Below, one piece after another: positions 56,601-58,678 of a DNA stretch of 58,678 nt. The notes beneath the pieces are model-generated. The model ran no database searches. It saw only the letters and a program-made list of their open reading frames with translations, and was not told the origin of the DNA. Source of the DNA: Yoonia sp. (GTDB lineage Archaea > Thermoplasmatota > Poseidoniia > Poseidoniales > Poseidoniaceae); assembly GCA_964230945.1 (NCBI GenBank), contig CAXRJJ010000049.1, positions 1 to 58,678 on the forward strand, given 5' to 3'. Within the stretch, counting starts at the first letter, position 1; every line of letters starts with the position of its first letter. Made by a program: the position numbers and the translations under genes.

Positions 56601-58678
56601 AATCTCTCCGTCGGCGAAACATGGTACTGGCGCGTGAGAGCGATATCTTCTACTAATCAAATCGGAAATTGGAGCCAATACAATCACTTCCATGTTCCAG
56701 ATCTGACTACATGGACGGTTGATTCAGATAGTGCCGCAGTTGAATTGCGGCACAAAGAAGCGATGCCCTCCCTCGGAGTTCCGCTGTTTGTTGATACTTG
56801 GGTCGCTCATTCAGGAACTGATTTGAACAGCAGTCACGGTTCTGATAGTTCCCTGATTCTTGGTGAGAGAAGCGATGGTTCAACTGCAACTGCTCTGATG
56901 AAGATTCCCTTAACCGATATTCCAATGCCGCAGAATGCAACTCTAGAAAGAGCATTGCTCAACCTGTATTGTGAGTGGGGTACTTCAACCACTCAGCGCG
57001 TTTCTATACATGCGATCAATGGATATTGGAATGAGAGTGCTACCGGCCTTACAAGGGATGGTTCGGCCAACTGGTCTGCAAATTCGACCACTAAATTGAG
57101 CGACATAAGGAGCGATGTTTTCTTCGAAGTGCAGAATGTTTCAGTAACCAATTGGATGTCATTTGACATAACTTACCTCGCTCAGAAAGCACATGCTGCG
57201 GGAGTATCTCACATCGAATTAGCATTGGTTGCTGATGATGACCGTGGAGAAGTCAAGTTTAGCTCAAGTGACTCTAGTAGCGATCAACCTTGGGCCAATT
57301 TAACTTGGACAACTGGTGCTCAATCCGCTTCCGAGAGCGCTGCTACTGGTGGTGCTCCCAATCGAGAGGTTCTGTGGGATAATTCTAGTGTAGCCCTGCT
57401 TCCTGCTGGAACACCTACTCTGAATTGGACTCATGCCAATGGAAGTAGCATTGATTCATGGAGGCTGTACATGTTCCACGATTCCTCTGATGTAAGGGCT
57501 GGCTGGAGTATTCTGGATTCAGCTGTGGATGCAGGTTTCACTCTCGCCAATCTCAGTTATACTCCACCAAGTAATCTATCAAGCGGTAAGTGCTACCTTT
57601 GGGCGGTACAAGCTGTCGATGACCATGTTCTCGGTAGTTTCAGCCAGGGCTACACTTTCTGTTTACCTAATTGGTTGGGTGGAGCGATAAATTCAACCGA
57701 TGCCTATGCGGAGATTCAGGATGGTTCTGCATTACCGCAAATCAATGAGCCAGACTATTTCGAGGATACTTGGTTAGATGGACTCTATACTAATGCAAAT
57801 CATGCGAGCAATACCTCCCTCGTTGTGGGAGACCCTCCGCATATGGGGACATTGGGTGAAGCGACAACTGTCATGATGTACAATCTCAGCGACAATCCAA
57901 TCAAGACGCCTTATGAGGTGGTGAGTGCAACTTTGTCGTTGTACAAGAATGCCGGTGTCTCAAATTCACAGAACATCTCAGTGTCGGTATTGAACTGGGG
58001 ATTCGTGGAAGGTGCGGCTACTTGGAACCAAAGAGCCAATGGTAGCAGTTGGAATGCTGGTGGAGCATTGGGGGCTGCAGATGCGGGTCTGCCGTTAGAT
58101 GTTGTTGAAGTCTCTACAGATGGTTGGTATACATGGGATATTTCGAACGCGGCTCAATTAGGTCATCTCTATGGCCACCAAACCGTATGGTTACTGTTCC
58201 GTTCAGAAGACAGTACGAAGCAGTGGCACCAGTTTGCCAGTTCCGAAGATCCAGACATCGAGTATCGTCCGAAATTGAACTTGACTTGGCGTAGTGGAAA
58301 TGGCTGGACACCTTCTGATTCAACAGGACAAAGTCCAGCTAGTGGTAATGTCATGTGGGACGTCGACGCTGTAAGACCGACACCTCAGAATCCGTTGGAA
58401 TTAGGATGGAATAGCAGCGATTCAAATATCAGTGAATGGGAGTTCCAATATGGAACAAACTCTAGATTTATCGGTTCTTTTGTGCGGACTTGCAGTTCAT
58501 TGACCTGTACTCCCAATAGCAATGCGACCCCATATTTCGACGTGGCCAATTTGAGTTTTCACATACCCATTGATGTTAACACCACTGAAGACGAGTGGAT
58601 ATATTGGCGAGTGCGTGCAATCCAAGGAGATAGATTGGGTAATTGGAGCAGTCCTATGAGTTTCCGAATACCTGCGCC
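53694..58678 (+). CDS. Very large secreted repeat protein, 3'-truncated by the window edge (at least 1,661 codons). Five tandem units of a DNRLRE/CBM96-like beta-sandwich plus an FN3-like 'YWRVRA..GxWS' module.
   Basis: It is absent from the supplied ORF track because it has no stop in the window. I translated the frame from ATG 53694 to 58676 by hand and found no stop. The N-terminus MVRAMSTAPTRFHVSGKSMILVAMFLLADIAYPF is a signal/anchor. The exact start is uncertain, with in-frame ATGs at codons 1, 5 and 19. No competing ORF longer than 119 aa exists in any frame here. Confidence 0.85.
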   Translation, partial: MVRAMSTAPTRFHVSGKSMILVAMFLLADIAYPFLDNAPLQGSPEVDSAPSNAFTWTYNTSIDTHIDSTVPSNTYGSETTALIGVSGIFESRMLIEFALNLSSSMTVHSATLDLECFNSDGDATEFYITNVTSAINETNANWLGPNTSQSWDVMGADSSKDRSAWEPSVDMLSNGTVSLNITRQIQVRAANNWSSARYIISGTSSQSECYTSDYSNSTYHPLLSVVLSNSSAGPVGELTPDWIEDGHSLMTGDFILSADTTPTMSWKSWNGTGVEVQLSQSSEFRQSSDEGGHWTSMSNASIFQTGTGTGSMTVPASEAVSNGSTMFYRMRSISSDDQIGKWQGGWFNLPAHDITDNGDGTATLNITSSDLGLDDKTIWDAELDSSQKTTSLGSESTIKIGTDTSPDTEYKTMMRLNAQHLGLPANVTIVSNEFVMQKSSSSGTVLISEIYVENHMDWVEEDATWNSPLGDSNDWDTELHTSFMNYNVSSSTSEIRYNSTIGFQSYVATGITEPVDFLMVGKMPEENSYSSNEVTFHSTEASSSSDQPYWKVTYKWSANTLISDVEMLHPIEGQGVWNLSGHNLSGNTTPELTWKASASSGNEILYQFSDDKFFRNIVKEVNTAVDNDFQVSDGSFNLTASDGLSTGNMYYWRMAQVDSNGTWSSWNEQSFFITDLNSTYLGGDRYQFNLRDGNASSDGLHPSCQDTYIDGGTPTSNYDSEEEMQVSYNTIFGGSETAILFGCHLLTHGLPDGYAVVEAKLRYKMSYASGSPYVGAYESHQHNWTEERATWNQFDGRNSWGTVGAKGWERGQLLSSTTISGSSESWFEWNVTLGVQNAMRNGENFDVILAVLGAGTGNSREALLYGNSVSSSSNKAELIFTYVPGSAALPDEPTPLSPANGSWSVDDGIERSTIPNPLLKWNYSGNTNASGFVIDIDSNTSFDSADLLSYGSWTSSGFDLTNMTFQVPVNLSVGETWYWRVRAISSTNQIGNWSQYNHFHVPDLTTWTVDSDSAAVELRHKEAMPSLGVPLFVDTWVAHSGTDLNSSHGSDSSLILGERSDGSTATALMKIPLTDIPMPQNATLERALLNLYCEWGTSTTQRVSIHAINGYWNESATGLTRDGSANWSANSTTKLSDIRSDVFFEVQNVSVTNWMSFDITYLAQKAHAAGVSHIELALVADDDRGEVKFSSSDSSSDQPWANLTWTTGAQSASESAATGGAPNREVLWDNSSVALLPAGTPTLNWTHANGSSIDSWRLYMFHDSSDVRAGWSILDSAVDAGFTLANLSYTPPSNLSSGKCYLWAVQAVDDHVLGSFSQGYTFCLPNWLGGAINSTDAYAEIQDGSALPQINEPDYFEDTWLDGLYTNANHASNTSLVVGDPPHMGTLGEATTVMMYNLSDNPIKTPYEVVSATLSLYKNAGVSNSQNISVSVLNWGFVEGAATWNQRANGSSWNAGGALGAADAGLPLDVVEVSTDGWYTWDISNAAQLGHLYGHQTVWLLFRSEDSTKQWHQFASSEDPDIEYRPKLNLTWRSGNGWTPSDSTGQSPASGNVMWDVDAVRPTPQNPLELGWNSSDSNISEWEFQYGTNSRFIGSFVRTCSSLTCTPNSNATPYFDVANLSFHIPIDVNTTEDEWIYWRVRAIQGDRLGNWSSPMSFRIPA

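Noticed and set aside
1-58678. A search by eye for CRISPR arrays, IS elements or transposases, integrases, rRNA genes, toxin-antitoxin pairs and classic defence genes.
   Set aside because: I found no regularly spaced short direct repeats, no DDE/HUH/tyrosine-recombinase motifs, no rRNA-like sequence and no recognisable defence-system domains. The only nucleotide-level repeats seen are the short intergenic motifs listed above.

Overview
This window looks like an archaeal (euryarchaeote-type) chromosomal segment. The archaeal call rests on DNA polymerase D small subunit, GatD, RFC small subunit, Pelota, an intron-containing tRNA with a bulge-helix-bulge motif, a PGF-CTERM-like signal and a Pilin_N-like module. 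An uncultivated marine group (MGII/Poseidoniales-like) is a guess only. Spot counts of individual 60-nt lines give roughly 50% G+C.

More than half of the window encodes very large, acidic, Thr/Ser/Asn/Asp-rich secreted or membrane-anchored proteins:
- a 5'-truncated surface protein (2-2593);
- a 13.5-kb single ORF (3122-16651, about 4,500 aa);
- a C-terminally TM-anchored GH13 amylase (22506-24974);
- a C-terminally TM-anchored GH57 enzyme of 1,485 aa (27952-32409);
- a 907-aa hydrolase-like/cadherin-like protein (45664-48387);
- a 3'-truncated ORF of at least 1,661 codons (53694 to the window end). The supplied ORF track misses it because it has no stop in the window; I translated it by hand.

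A coherent alpha-glucan/maltodextrin utilisation locus spans 16742-32409: HAD phosphatase, MalEFGK-like ABC transporter, GH13, GT35 phosphorylase, GH77 and GH57. The rest is housekeeping: polD small subunit, cinA-like, kdgK-eda, pelota, fhs, an NfeD/flotillin operon, aroE-like, acyl-CoA carboxyltransferase, gatD, rfcS and two tRNAs.

The most unusual observations:
1. The giant ORF has a PGF-CTERM-like sorting signal that is not C-terminal. It reads in-frame into a complete archaeal type-IV-pilin-like module.
2. A type-1-copper cupredoxin domain and extremely Tyr-rich segments are embedded in the same ORF.
3. A five-fold, roughly 325-aa two-domain tandem repeat fills the 3'-terminal ORF.
4. A single in-frame TGA splits a kdgK-eda fusion inside the aldolase domain.
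5. An A+T-rich islet next to tRNA-Val encodes a CCHC zinc-knuckle protein.

No CRISPR array, transposase, integrase or rRNA was seen. All family assignments come from motif recognition by eye; no database search was run. Domain boundaries are approximate. Many start codons in the supplied track are TTG/GTG extensions that I re-picked.
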